From NCBI GenBank assembly GCA_038040265.1, contig JBBPIP010000003.1, forward strand, positions 31,573-95,572: DNA of 64,000 nt. The letters are read 5' to 3'. The position numbers and the translations under genes were made by a program. This DNA is from Chloroflexota bacterium (lineage in GTDB: Bacteria > Chloroflexota > Limnocylindria > P2-11E). Shown here in pieces: positions 26,291-36,098 of this stretch (position 1 is the stretch's first letter; each line of letters starts with the position of its first letter). The notes under the pieces are model-generated. The model did no database searches and was not told where the DNA came from. It worked only from the letters and a program-made list of their open reading frames with translations.

Positions 26291-27043
26291 TTATTCCTGA
26301 GGGCGCAGATTGACGAACGTAACGATCGTGTGACGAGGCGACGGCGCGACTTCCTCCTTAGACAGCGAGCTGGAGCTGCACCGTCTCAGGCTCGCGCGGG
26401 CGCCGTTGCGCGCCACGAGGGCGGGGAACTCCGCCTCGAGGAATTCCTCGTAGTACTGCTGGATCTCGAGGTCGATCTTGAGCGATCGATGACGGAACGC
26501 CGTCGCGCCAGCTTCGCTCGCGGCACGCGCGGCTGCGTCGAGCGACTCCTCGCTGTCACTGATCCCGGGTAGCACCGGCATGCACAGCACGGCCGCATCG
26601 AGGCCGGCCTCGCGGAGCATGTGTAGGGGGCGCGCAGACGCTGTCGGGGCGGCGCGGTGCCCGGGTCGGTCTTGCGCACGATCTCTTCGTCGACGCACGG
26701 AACGCTGAGATACACGGTGAGCTCGGTCTTCTCGTCGAGCGTCTTCAACACGTCGATGTCGCGTACGACGAGGGGACCCTTCGTCACGATGCGAGAGAGC
26801 CCTCACGATGACGCCGCAGCTCTTTGCGAAGGACGTCCGCGATGTTCACGCGAACTTCGACGTTGCTGTCGAAGTCGGTCCGACATTTTTTTCGCGATAT
26901 CTCGCGTGATAAGCCCGGGCGAAGCAATAGACGCACTTATGGGCGCACCCGCTCCATGGATTGAGGCTCCAGTCGAACGGCATGCCTTTCACCGCGTTCA
27001 GTGCGCTCTTCACTTCGACTTCGCGATAGGTCACAGCGGCCAT
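26291..27043 (-). pseudogene. decayed radical SAM protein (SplB / Rv2578c-like DNA-repair photolyase family)
   Basis: The N-terminus MAAVTYREVEVKSALN...NPWSGCAHKCVYCFARAYH breaks at an A7 run (26886..26892). The next piece, TDFDSNVEVRVNIADVLRKEL, is in another frame. The TDPYQP segment is missing. TKGPLVVRDIDVL... and ...LHMLREAGLDAAVLCMPVLPGISD... are in two further frames. Confidence 0.65.
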
Positions 27044-27070
27044 CGGACTCCCCGAGGGGCACTATAGAAC

Positions 27071-27991
27071 ATGCGTTCTGATGGCTACAACCGCCCCTTC
27101 TTACTCAACCCATACCCGACCGCGAAAGTCGCGTGCCTACACTCGACGGACCTCGTGCCCACCAGAGCGGATCGGCCTTATGGCTCGTTCCCGCGCGGCC
27201 ATCACGACGTGGCTGCCGACCCGGCTGCCCAGCCGATCCCGCAGCGGACCCGCATTCGAACCGCGCTTCGCCGCGCGCTCCCGTGGAGCGCCGCGCTCGC
27301 CGGGCCCGCACTGCTGCTCGCGATCTCGATGGCGCCCGCTCCCCGGCCCGAGGACGTGCAGCCATCGGCAACGCCAACGCCAGCCATGAGCGAGGTCTAC
27401 GCGAAGGTCGCTCCGTCGGTCGTGCAGGTCAAAGCGCTGCGCGCCGACGGCACCGTGGCCGGCTCGGGGTCGGGCGTGGTGATCGATGACGCTGGCGACA
27501 TCCTGACCGCGCTTCACGTGATCCGGGATGCCCAGAGCGTGACGGTCGTGTTCGCCGATGGCACCGAGTCGTCGGCCATGGTCATCGCTCAGCTCCCGGA
27601 GAGCGACATTGCCGCGCTCCGACCCGCGAACCTCCCCGCGCGGCTCATGCCCGCCACGCTTGGGAACCCGTCGTCTCTCCGGATAGGCGACGATGCGATC
27701 GTCGTCGGAAACCCGTTCGCACTCTCGCGGTCGCTCTCGACCGGAGTGATCAGCGGGCTCGACCGCTCCGTACAAGTGCCGAACCAGGGTCGCAACCTCA
27801 CGGGTCTCATCCAGTTCGACGCGGCCGTGAATCCGGGGTCGTCCGGGGGGCCGCTTGTGAACAGGGACGGTGAGGTCGTCGGAATCGTCACCGGTCTGGT
27901 GAACCCCACAGGGCAGCCCGCGTTCAGCGGCGTCGGATTCGCCGTGACCATCGATACCGCGGGAGGCGCGCTCGGCGTGCCGCCGGACTAA
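27071..27991 (+). CDS. trypsin-like serine protease (S1C, HtrA-like, no PDZ), membrane-anchored
   Basis: The H/D/S triad context is ILTALHV, ESDIAAL and NPGSSGGPL. The start could be ATG 27071 or GTG 27209. Confidence 0.8.
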   Translation: MRSDGYNRPFLLNPYPTAKVACLHSTDLVPTRADRPYGSFPRGHHDVAADPAAQPIPQRTRIRTALRRALPWSAALAGPALLLAISMAPAPRPEDVQPSATPTPAMSEVYAKVAPSVVQVKALRADGTVAGSGSGVVIDDAGDILTALHVIRDAQSVTVVFADGTESSAMVIAQLPESDIAALRPANLPARLMPATLGNPSSLRIGDDAIVVGNPFALSRSLSTGVISGLDRSVQVPNQGRNLTGLIQFDAAVNPGSSGGPLVNRDGEVVGIVTGLVNPTGQPAFSGVGFAVTIDTAGGALGVPPD

Positions 27992-28008
27992 AGAGGAGTG
28001 AAGGACTG

Positions 28009-29010
28009 ATGGCAGTGACACAAGCAGCGGTGCCGCCCGACACCGGCCGGCTTCTCTTCGAGATCAAGAAAGTGATCGTCGGTCAGGACCACCTGATCGA
28101 GCGCCTTATGGTCGGCCTCCTCGCGCGCGGCCACCTTCTCGTCGAGGGGGTGCCCGGTCTCGCCAAAACCCTGTCGGTGAAGACGATCGCCCAGGCGATC
28201 ACCGGCGATTTCAAACGCATTCAGTTCACTCCGGACCTGGTGCCCGCCGACCTCGTCGGCACCCGCATATACAACCAGCGCGCGGGCGACTTCCAGACGT
28301 CGCTCGGCCCGGTGTTCACGAACCTCCTCCTCGCGGACGAGATCAACCGCGCACCCGCGAAGGTCCAGAGCGCGCTCCTCGAGGTCATGCAGGAGCACCA
28401 GGTGACCATCGGCCGCGAGACACACAAGGTCCCAGATCCCTTCCTCGTCATGGCCACGCAGAACCCGATCGAGACCGAGGGGACCTACGCGCTCCCGGAG
28501 GCCCAGGTCGACCGGTTCATGTTGAAGGTCCTGGTGGGATACCCGAACGAGATGGACGAATTCGTCGTCGTCGAACGCGTCACCGGCCGCATGTCGCCGG
28601 TCGTGCCGGTGATGACCACCGAGCGACTGATAGAGCTCCAGCGCGAAGTCGACCAGGTCTTCGTCGATCCGACACTCATGGAGTACGTCGTCCGGCTCTC
28701 GTCGGCAACGCGCAACCCCGCCGAGTACGGCATCGGCGACGTGGCGAAGTACATCACCTATGGGGCGAGCCCCCGCGCGTCCATCAACCTCGTCCTCGCC
28801 GGCCGTGCGCTCGCGTATCTTCGCGGCCGCCGGTACGTCACCGGTCAGGACATACAGGATCTCGCGCTCGATGTGCTGCGCCACCGCATCGTGTTGTCCT
28901 TCGAGGCACTCTCCGAGGACGTCTCTGCCGACGACCTCGTGAAGCGCGTGCTCGCGCGCATACCCGTGCCGACGGAACCTCTGCAGGGACATGTCTCCCT
29001 CCGCGCCTGA
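28009..29010 (+). CDS. MoxR-family AAA+ ATPase
   Basis: It has GVPGLAKT (Walker A) and LLADEINRAPAKVQSALLEVMQE. Confidence 0.9.
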   Translation: MAVTQAAVPPDTGRLLFEIKKVIVGQDHLIERLMVGLLARGHLLVEGVPGLAKTLSVKTIAQAITGDFKRIQFTPDLVPADLVGTRIYNQRAGDFQTSLGPVFTNLLLADEINRAPAKVQSALLEVMQEHQVTIGRETHKVPDPFLVMATQNPIETEGTYALPEAQVDRFMLKVLVGYPNEMDEFVVVERVTGRMSPVVPVMTTERLIELQREVDQVFVDPTLMEYVVRLSSATRNPAEYGIGDVAKYITYGASPRASINLVLAGRALAYLRGRRYVTGQDIQDLALDVLRHRIVLSFEALSEDVSADDLVKRVLARIPVPTEPLQGHVSLRA

Positions 29011-29905
29011 ACGCCGCCTGCAGCGGCTCGAATGGACCGTCATGCGCCGGCTGGACGGCCTGCTTCAGGGTGACTACCGCACGATCTTCAAAGGGCAGGG
29101 GCTGGACCTCGCGGACATTCGCGAGTACACGTTCGGTGACGACGTTCGTCACATCGATTGGAACGTGACCGCCCGGCTCGACACCCCGTACGTGCGCGAG
29201 TATCTCGAGGACAGAGAGATCAACGCGCATTTCCTGCTGGATCTCTCTCCGTCGGTCGACTTCGGAACGGTCGATCGCCGCAAACGTGACTTGCTCATCG
29301 ACTTCACCGCGCTTGTGGCGCGGCTTCTCACGCGGCACGGCAACCGCGTCGGCGCCACGCTGTACGCGTCGCGAGTCGAGCGCACGATCCCTGCGAAGGG
29401 AGGGCGCGTGCAGGTGCTCCGCATCCTGAACGAGCTCGAGAAACGTCCCCGCTTGCAGAGCGCACCGCTGACCTCGCTCCGCGAGCTTCTCGACGCGGGG
29501 ATGCGTGGCCTGAAGCGCCGGTCGCTCGTCTTCGTCGTCTCCGATTTCTTCAGCGCGGCGGGTTGGGAAGATCGCCTCGAGCGTCTTGCCCGCCGTCACG
29601 AAACGCTTGCCGTTCGCCTCGCCGATCCTCGCGAGGACGAGATCCCGGACATCGGAACGGTGATCCTCACCGACAGCGAGACCGGCGAGCAGCTTCGCGT
29701 GAATACCGGCGATCCACGTTTCCGCGAGCGCTTCGCCGCGGCCGCCAAGCGGCGCGAAGAGTCGCTCAACGCCACCTTTGCGCGCGCCGGCGTCGACGTG
29801 CTCCTGTTGCGGACCGACGAGGATCTGGTCCGCGCTATCGTCAAGTTCGCGTACGCGCGTAAGCGGCGCACCGGACGGCGCGCAGCGATGGGAGCATCCG
29901 CATGA
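28991..29905 (+). CDS. DUF58 domain protein
   Basis: It has DDVRHIDWNVTARL. It overlaps MoxR by 20 nt. Confidence 0.85.
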   Translation: MSPSAPERRLQRLEWTVMRRLDGLLQGDYRTIFKGQGLDLADIREYTFGDDVRHIDWNVTARLDTPYVREYLEDREINAHFLLDLSPSVDFGTVDRRKRDLLIDFTALVARLLTRHGNRVGATLYASRVERTIPAKGGRVQVLRILNELEKRPRLQSAPLTSLRELLDAGMRGLKRRSLVFVVSDFFSAAGWEDRLERLARRHETLAVRLADPREDEIPDIGTVILTDSETGEQLRVNTGDPRFRERFAAAAKRREESLNATFARAGVDVLLLRTDEDLVRAIVKFAYARKRRTGRRAAMGASA

Positions 29906-30939
29906 TCTTTATCTGGCCGTCAGCTCTTCTGCTACTCGTCGTCGTCGCCGGACTCGCCGTCCTCTACGTCCTCGCGCAGCGGCGGCGCAATCGCTACGCG
30001 CTCCGGTACGCCAACCTATCGCTCGTCCGCGAAGCCATCGGAAAGGGACCCGGATGGCGGCGTCACGTGCCGCCCGCGCTCTTCATCGTCGCGCTGGCGT
30101 TCATGGCGGTCGCGGTCGCGCGGCCACAGGCCGTCGTCGCAGTCCCAAGCCAGGAGGGCACGGTCATCCTCGCGATCGACGTGTCCGGCTCGATGCTCGC
30201 CGAGGACATGAAACCGAACCGGATGGAAGCCGCGAAGGCCGCGGCGCGCCTATTCGTCGAAAAGCAGAGCGAGAGCGTGAAGATCGGCGTCGTCTCGTTC
30301 TCGGGCGACGCTTCCATCGTGCAATCACCGACGACGGACAAAACCCTCGTCATCGCGGCGATCAACAGGCTCCGCCCGCAGCGCGCGACCGCGATCGGCC
30401 GCGCGATCCTTGTCTCGCTCGACGCCATCAACGAATCGATGGGCAGCGAGGAGGACCTCCCGAGCTCGATCCTCCGGGACCCCCAGCAGCCTGGCGCCAC
30501 ACCGCGACCGACGGCCACCCCGCTGCCCGATTATCTCCAGGGCCAGCATTCATCGGGGTCGATCGTCCTCATGTCCGACGGACAGAACAATCAGTTCCCG
30601 CCGCCGCTCGACGTTATCGATCAAGCCGTCAGCCGTGGCGTGCGCGTCTACACGATCGGCCTCGGCAGCGCGGCCGGCGCCATCGTGCGGCTCCAGGGAC
30701 GCTCGGTGCGGACGTCGCTCGACGAGGTGACGCTCAAGAAGATCGCCGAGGTCACCGACGCCCAGTACTTCAACGCGAACACCGAAGCCGACCTGAACAC
30801 CGTTTACGAGAATCTGACCACCCAGCTCGTGATCCGCAATGAGAAGACCGAGCTGACCGCCTACGCCACGCTCGCCGCCGCAATCCTCGCCGTCTTCGCG
30901 GGAGCGTTCTCGTTGCTCTGGTTCAACCGCCTGCCCTGA
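29902..30939 (+). CDS. VWA domain protein with N- and C-terminal TM segments (BatA-like)
   Basis: It has the MIDAS motif LAIDVSGSM. It starts at an ATGA overlap with DUF58. Confidence 0.85.
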   Translation: MIFIWPSALLLLVVVAGLAVLYVLAQRRRNRYALRYANLSLVREAIGKGPGWRRHVPPALFIVALAFMAVAVARPQAVVAVPSQEGTVILAIDVSGSMLAEDMKPNRMEAAKAAARLFVEKQSESVKIGVVSFSGDASIVQSPTTDKTLVIAAINRLRPQRATAIGRAILVSLDAINESMGSEEDLPSSILRDPQQPGATPRPTATPLPDYLQGQHSSGSIVLMSDGQNNQFPPPLDVIDQAVSRGVRVYTIGLGSAAGAIVRLQGRSVRTSLDEVTLKKIAEVTDAQYFNANTEADLNTVYENLTTQLVIRNEKTELTAYATLAAAILAVFAGAFSLLWFNRLP

Positions 30940-30943
30940 CGCT

Positions 30944-30969
30944 GGGACGTCGGCGGTCGCGGTCGTCCC
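30944..30969 (+). terminator. candidate hairpin after the VWA gene
   Basis: GGGACG-(14 nt)-CGTCCC lies 5 nt after the stop. There is no T tract. Confidence 0.3.
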
Positions 30970-31038
30970 GAGAGTCTTGGTCAGAGCCGGTCTGGTCCTT
31001 CCGCGATGTCAGGATGTGGGCTCATCGGTACCGCTCGG

Positions 31039-32142
31039 CTACAGGGGAGTGATACCGAGAACAGTCGCGCTATTCGGCGATGTCGCGTGAACAATCTCGC
31101 GTCGCGCTTCGCCCACATCCGCGCGTCGCCAAAGGTCGCGAGTGCGGACATTTGTGCCCGGCGCAATCCCGATCTCGGCGAGCGGGATCCGTACCTCACG
31201 TTCGCTCGATCCGCGGTTCAGCACCGCGACCGCGAGGCGACCGTTGACGAGCTCGCGCACCCAGACGTCGATCTCACCGTCCTTGCGGACCCGCCGGCCC
31301 TGACTGCCGGCCGCATCCTGGTCGACTCCGATGATCTCCGGCGCCGTGAGGATCTCGCGCACGTCGTCGGTCATCGTGCGGAGGTCGTTGCCTGCCATGA
31401 GCGGGGCCGCGAGCATCGACCAGAGCGCGAAGTGCGCGCGGCTCTGGCCGGAGGTGAGATCACCGTTGCCGACCTCGAGCATGTCAGGATCGTTCCAGTG
31501 ATCGGCGCCGGCGAACGGATAGAGCTCTGCCTGACGGTCGAGGATCGTCAGGATGCTCGACCACGTGGGCTGAATGTCCCAACAGGTGCGCCACAGGTGA
31601 CCGATCTCTCCGGCCCATTCCCATGGATGCGACCGGCCCCACTCGCAGATCGATAGCACCATCGGTCGTCGCGCGGCCTTGAACGCCATCGCCCACTTGG
31701 CATAGAGGGCGCGCGGACCCATGCCTTCGGTGTGACACCAGTCCACCTTCACGTAGTCGACGCCCCACTCGGCGAAGCGCTGTGCATCGCGGAATTCGTA
31801 GCCGAGGCTCGCGGGCAGGTCCTGACAGGTCTTCGTGCCCGCGTCGGTATAGATGCCGAAACGGAGCCCGAGCGCATGGACGCGATCGGCGAGCGCCTTG
31901 ATCCCGGTCGGGAACTTATCCGGATCGGGGACGAAGTCGCCATGGCGGTCGCGCTCTGGTGCCATCCAACCGTCGTCGATCACGACGAAGCGGTATCCGG
32001 CATCGCGCATCCCCGACGCGACCATCGCCTCGGCGGTCTCGAGGATGATGTGCTCGTCGATCTTCGCGCGGAACCCGTTCCAGCTGTTCCAGCCCATCGG
32101 CGGCGTCGGGGCGAGTCCGTCGGAGAGGCGCCCGATTCCCAT
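31039..32142 (-). CDS. alpha-galactosidase, GH27 (cytoplasmic)
   Basis: It contains PPMGWNSWN, VIDDGW and YVKVDWC. Confidence 0.85.
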   Translation of the reverse strand: MGIGRLSDGLAPTPPMGWNSWNGFRAKIDEHIILETAEAMVASGMRDAGYRFVVIDDGWMAPERDRHGDFVPDPDKFPTGIKALADRVHALGLRFGIYTDAGTKTCQDLPASLGYEFRDAQRFAEWGVDYVKVDWCHTEGMGPRALYAKWAMAFKAARRPMVLSICEWGRSHPWEWAGEIGHLWRTCWDIQPTWSSILTILDRQAELYPFAGADHWNDPDMLEVGNGDLTSGQSRAHFALWSMLAAPLMAGNDLRTMTDDVREILTAPEIIGVDQDAAGSQGRRVRKDGEIDVWVRELVNGRLAVAVLNRGSSEREVRIPLAEIGIAPGTNVRTRDLWRRADVGEARREIVHATSPNSATVLGITPL

Positions 32143-33194
32143 CAGGGCACCACCGCGACAAGTCGCCCGACGCGGTACTCCTTGAGGACCTGGCTGGCGA
32201 GGTCTTTCGCGCCGCCAGGTGGCGCGAGCGCGATGATGCTGCCGCCGAAGCCTCCGCCGACCAGGCGTGCGCCAAGCGCACCTGCTGCCATCGCCAAATC
32301 GACGAGGCGATCGAGATCAGGTGTTGAGACCTCATAGTCGTCGCGAAGCGAGCGGTGTGAAGCGCTCAGGAGCTCGCCGAGCGCTGCATCGTCCTTCGCG
32401 CCAAGAGCGGCGGCGGCCTCGAGGACGCGCGCGTTCTCGGTCACCACGTGGTGCACGCGCCGATCGAGCGGCGGCGGGAGTCGCTCCAAGATCATCTCGA
32501 GCGGTCTCCCGTCGAGCTCGCGAAGCGATGCGATGCCCAGGTGACGGCAGGCATCCTCGCACTCCTCACGCCTTCGGTTGTAGCCGCCGGTCGCGTGCTC
32601 GTGGCGCGTTCCCGAATCGATCACGGCGAGCTGAGTGGTCGGCGGAAGGGGGATCGTCCGCGTGGCCTGGTCACGCATGTCGATGAGCAGCGCTTCACTC
32701 GGGCGGCCGTAGATCGACGCGAGCTGATCCAACATGCCGGCGCGTGCGCCCGCGAATTCGGTCTCGGACGCGTGGGCGACGCGCGCGGTGGCCGCGTCGT
32801 CCAGCGCGAGATCGAACAGCTCGGACAACGCGCGCACGAGCGCGATCGCGAACGCCGCGCTCGATCCGAGTCCCGCGCCGAGAGGAAGGTCCGAGCGGAC
32901 GTCCGCGTCGAAGCCGGCGATGTCAGCACCCTCGCGAGCGAGTGTCACCGTGATCCCCCGAGCGCGGTCGGCCCAGGTGCCGTCCCTCCGCTCTGCGCCG
33001 AGCTCGAATGACACCTGCGCTGGCGCGACGGCGGCGTCGGTCGTCAGCTGAACCGTTCGGTCATTCCGCGAACGTGCCTCGACCGTGACGCCGAGCCGCA
33101 GCGCGATCGGAAGCACGAGTCCCTCGTTGTAGTCGGTGTGCTCCCCAATGAGGTTGATCCGCCCAGGGGCGTGCCCGGTCGCTCGACGACCCAT
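32142..33194 (-). CDS. galK: galactokinase
   Basis: It has the GRINLIGEHTDYNEG signature and the GHMP motif PLGAGLGSSAA. Its stop overlaps the alpha-galactosidase start. Confidence 0.85.
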   Translation of the reverse strand: MGRRATGHAPGRINLIGEHTDYNEGLVLPIALRLGVTVEARSRNDRTVQLTTDAAVAPAQVSFELGAERRDGTWADRARGITVTLAREGADIAGFDADVRSDLPLGAGLGSSAAFAIALVRALSELFDLALDDAATARVAHASETEFAGARAGMLDQLASIYGRPSEALLIDMRDQATRTIPLPPTTQLAVIDSGTRHEHATGGYNRRREECEDACRHLGIASLRELDGRPLEMILERLPPPLDRRVHHVVTENARVLEAAAALGAKDDAALGELLSASHRSLRDDYEVSTPDLDRLVDLAMAAGALGARLVGGGFGGSIIALAPPGGAKDLASQVLKEYRVGRLVAVVP

Positions 33195-33292
33195 TCGCTG
33201 GCGGACGATAGCGGCCGGGCCCGGCGGCCCGCCGCTGTCGGCGAAGCGTGACCCTGCGTCGGCGGACGTTGCGCTTCGCGCACACTAGCGGG

Positions 33293-34117
33293 ATGCGTTT
33301 CGACAAGGACCTCGACGTCCAGCGCGCGATGGCCATCTACGCCCACCCCGACGACGCCGAGTTCGGCATGGCCGGGACCGTCGCAAAGTGGGCCAAGGCC
33401 GGCGTCGAGTTCACGTACTGCATGGTCACGAACGGTGCCTCCGGCTCGCAGGATCCGGACATGACCCGCGAGCGATTGCGCGACATCCGCGCGGCTGAGC
33501 AGAGCGAGGCGGCCAAGATTCTTGGCGTCAAGAACGTGGTGTTCCTCGAGTTCGAGGACGGTTACCTCGAGCCGACGATCGACGTGCGCCGCGCGGTTGC
33601 CCGGCAGATCCGCATTCACAAGCCCGACGTGATTTTCACGATGGACCCGACCACACGGTACAGCGGCGAATACGTGAATCACCCAGATCACATCGCGGCG
33701 GGAGAGGTCGTCCTTCGCTCGATCAACCCTGACGCATCGACGCGGCAGATGCTGCCCGAGCTCTGGCAGAAGGAGCGGCTCGAGCCTCACAAGCCGAAGG
33801 CGCTCTTCCTCATGGCGTTCGGCGCGCCGGACACGATCGTCGACGTGAGCGACGTCGTCGACATCAAGATCAAGGCTCTTCTCGCGCACCGCTCACAGAT
33901 CGACGAGGACAGCGTCGACTTCATAAAGAGCTGGATGAAAGAAGCCGGCAGGAAGAAGCGCTACGCCTACGCCGAGGGATTCAAGGTGTTGCGATTCGAG
34001 GAGGACGGCGCGCCGCGCCGGACCGCTAGGCGCGAAGGGCGGAAAGCACCTCAAGCGCGTGGCCGTCGGCCTTCACGAAGTACCACGACTTCTCGACCCG
34101 CCCGTCGGACCCGATAA
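33293..34117 (+). CDS. PIG-L/LmbE family deacetylase
   Basis: Starts at ATG 33293 and contains AHPDDAEFG and HPDH. The 3' tail overlaps the convergent bcp gene by about 90 nt. Confidence 0.75.
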   Translation: MRFDKDLDVQRAMAIYAHPDDAEFGMAGTVAKWAKAGVEFTYCMVTNGASGSQDPDMTRERLRDIRAAEQSEAAKILGVKNVVFLEFEDGYLEPTIDVRRAVARQIRIHKPDVIFTMDPTTRYSGEYVNHPDHIAAGEVVLRSINPDASTRQMLPELWQKERLEPHKPKALFLMAFGAPDTIVDVSDVVDIKIKALLAHRSQIDEDSVDFIKSWMKEAGRKKRYAYAEGFKVLRFEEDGAPRRTARREGRKAPQARGRRPSRSTTTSRPARRTR

Positions 34118-34478
34118 GGAACGTCGAGCGGATCACGCCCTCGCCGCGTCCGGGTCGCTCGCCCCACGCGCCGTAGGCCTGATGCGCCTTGCGATCGGCG
34201 TCGGTCAAGAGGCGTACGCGAAGTCCGTACTTCTTACGGAATGCCTGATGAGCGGCGGCGTCATCCTGTGAGACGCCGAGCACGGGAACGCCGAGCATCT
34301 CGAACTGCGGGAAGTTATCGGTGAACTGGCATGCCTCGGTCGTGCAGCCTGGCGTGTCGTCCTTCGGATAGAAGTAGACGACGTACCGGGTTCCCTTCAG
34401 GTCCTTGGTGGAAACGACCTTGCCCTCTTCGTCCGGCAGCGCGAACGCGGGCGCCTGATCGCCAGGTTTGAGCTCCAT
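34026..34478 (-). CDS. bcp: thioredoxin-dependent thiol peroxidase (peroxiredoxin Bcp)
   Basis: Internal ATG 34478 (MELKPGDQAPAF). It has YFYPKDDTPGCTTEAC. Confidence 0.9.
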   Translation of the reverse strand: MELKPGDQAPAFALPDEEGKVVSTKDLKGTRYVVYFYPKDDTPGCTTEACQFTDNFPQFEMLGVPVLGVSQDDAAAHQAFRKKYGLRVRLLTDADRKAHQAYGAWGERPGRGEGVIRSTFLIGSDGRVEKSWYFVKADGHALEVLSALRA

Positions 34479-34495
34479 CGGCTGAAGCCTACCGA

Positions 34496-35779
34496 CTAGC
34501 GGACGTACTCGGCGCGGAACGCCTCGAAGCGCGCGTAGAACGCGTCGGTCGTCTCGCCGAATGCGGCGGCGAACGCCTGGTGCCATTCCTGGCCGCTGCC
34601 TACGCGTGTGCACCAGTCGCGGATCGTCGCGAGGCCCTTCGTGGCGAGAAGCCGATCGACGGCGAGGTAGCTCACGGCGAATGGCTTCGCGCTGCTGGGA
34701 AAGCTCGTCTCGAGCTGTCGGAGTGTCGCGGGGCTGGTCGCGGTGGTCAGCTGCCGTCTCGTGAACGTGTCGAGGTTCGCCGCCGGGATCAGGCCATCGG
34801 CGATCAGCGATCGATAGGCGAACGATTCCGCCATGCCTTCCGCGATCCACCTTGTGCCAACCATGCATGCGTTGCCGCCGAGCGCGTATTGCCAGAGGTG
34901 GATGTATTCGTGTGCCGCGAGCTCGATTCGTTCTGTATCGGCGGTCCACGTATCCGGCGCAGCCGCGGGCGGATTCGTCCACGCCGCGTTCGAGGTGACG
35001 ATCTCGAAGCTGTCTCCGGCCGTCAGACAGCAGAACTGCTGCGTCCCATCGCCCACGTAGACGTGCACGGTCGCGGGCCTGCGCCGTGTGCCGCCCGCGA
35101 ATGTTTCGAGGTATGCGCTCGCGTGCTGGACACCCTGGTGCACGAGCGCGATGTCCTTTGCGTTCACGCCGCTATCGATGCGGAACGTGACGCCGGCCGG
35201 ATCCGGCGGGGTGGGTGTGGGCATCGTGCCGTCGGGATTGAGGACGAGCACCTGCCAGAAAACCCCGATGTCCTCGAGCCAGGTGGCGCCCTCGATGAGC
35301 GGACGCACGTAGAGGCGGTAGGTGCCGGGAAGGAAAGGTGCCTGCAGGTTGAACTGGAACCACGCGACCTGGCCCGGCCCGACGTATGGAGCGGGCTGTT
35401 GCGCGATGCGATTGAAGCGCGGCCACCCGGTCGCGGGCGAGCCGAGCTGGCCGTCGCCCCCGAGGATGCTGGGCTGGTCCTGACCTGGTTCGCTCTGCCA
35501 CGTGCCGAGGTACGCAACCTCGCCCATCCGCCCGGCGAGCCATCCGCGCGAGCCTGAGTTGTAGTAGGCGAGCGTCGCCTGCGCCGTCCCTCCGGGACAG
35601 AGCCGCATATAGCCGCTCTGTCCGTACCAGGCCGCGTGAAAGCCCGGCAGCTTGCTCGGTGTTGCACTCGGCGGGGGAATTCCCGGACCGATGTCGGGTG
35701 TGCATGTGGCCGCCGCGGTCTTCGTGGCGGGCGGAACGAGCAAAGCGACGAACAGGACGATCGCGGCGATGGTGCGCAC
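34496..35779 (-). CDS. secreted protein: N-terminal beta-domain (paralogous to the 17706..19859 C-terminus) plus a putative HExxH metallopeptidase
   Basis: It has the signal peptide MRTIAAIVLFVALLVPPATKTAAATC. The shared domain contains WYGQSGY...PGTYRL..RPLIEG. It also has AAHEYIHLWQ. Confidence 0.7.
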   Translation of the reverse strand: MRTIAAIVLFVALLVPPATKTAAATCTPDIGPGIPPPSATPSKLPGFHAAWYGQSGYMRLCPGGTAQATLAYYNSGSRGWLAGRMGEVAYLGTWQSEPGQDQPSILGGDGQLGSPATGWPRFNRIAQQPAPYVGPGQVAWFQFNLQAPFLPGTYRLYVRPLIEGATWLEDIGVFWQVLVLNPDGTMPTPTPPDPAGVTFRIDSGVNAKDIALVHQGVQHASAYLETFAGGTRRRPATVHVYVGDGTQQFCCLTAGDSFEIVTSNAAWTNPPAAAPDTWTADTERIELAAHEYIHLWQYALGGNACMVGTRWIAEGMAESFAYRSLIADGLIPAANLDTFTRRQLTTATSPATLRQLETSFPSSAKPFAVSYLAVDRLLATKGLATIRDWCTRVGSGQEWHQAFAAAFGETTDAFYARFEAFRAEYVR

Positions 35780-35823
35780 CGCTTAGAGCAACCTGCGACG
35801 AGCCCGCTCGTTACGGCCGAACG

Positions 35824-36042
35824 CTATGACTCCGCCTCTTCCTCATCAGGCCATTCGAACTTGTCGAGCGCGGCACGGGTGAGGCCGCCGGTCTTGAACC
35901 ACTTATGGCCGTCCGGCTCGCCGCCGGGGCAGTATGCCCATCCGCCCTCTTCCGCGACGTTGAACGGGCTTGAAGGGTCGACGGGTGGTTTGCGCCGATG
36001 AGTCTTGCGTATGCAGATGAATTGGATGAGGGCGCGGTCCAT
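35824..36042 (-). CDS. small Cys/His protein, paralogue 2 of 3
   Basis: Sequence is MDRALIQFICIRKTHRRKPPVDPSSPFNVAEEGGWAYCPGGEPDGHKWFKTGGLTRAALDKF... Confidence 0.5.
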   Translation of the reverse strand: MDRALIQFICIRKTHRRKPPVDPSSPFNVAEEGGWAYCPGGEPDGHKWFKTGGLTRAALDKFEWPDEEEAES

Positions 36043-36098
36043 CTCTCTTAGTCAGTCTCGCGCAATGCCGACGGCTTTGTCATCTAGGTTTTTACTGA

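Noticed and set aside
27988-29043. 351-aa ORF antisense to MoxR (also 27137..28021 antisense to the protease)
   Set aside because: The MoxR Walker motifs on the plus strand are unambiguous. The antisense product has no motifs.
30944-30969. GGGACG...CGTCCC inverted repeat considered as another DosR-like dyad
   Set aside because: The half-sites are separated by 14 nt rather than 4, and the repeat sits right after a stop codon. It is more likely a terminator hairpin.
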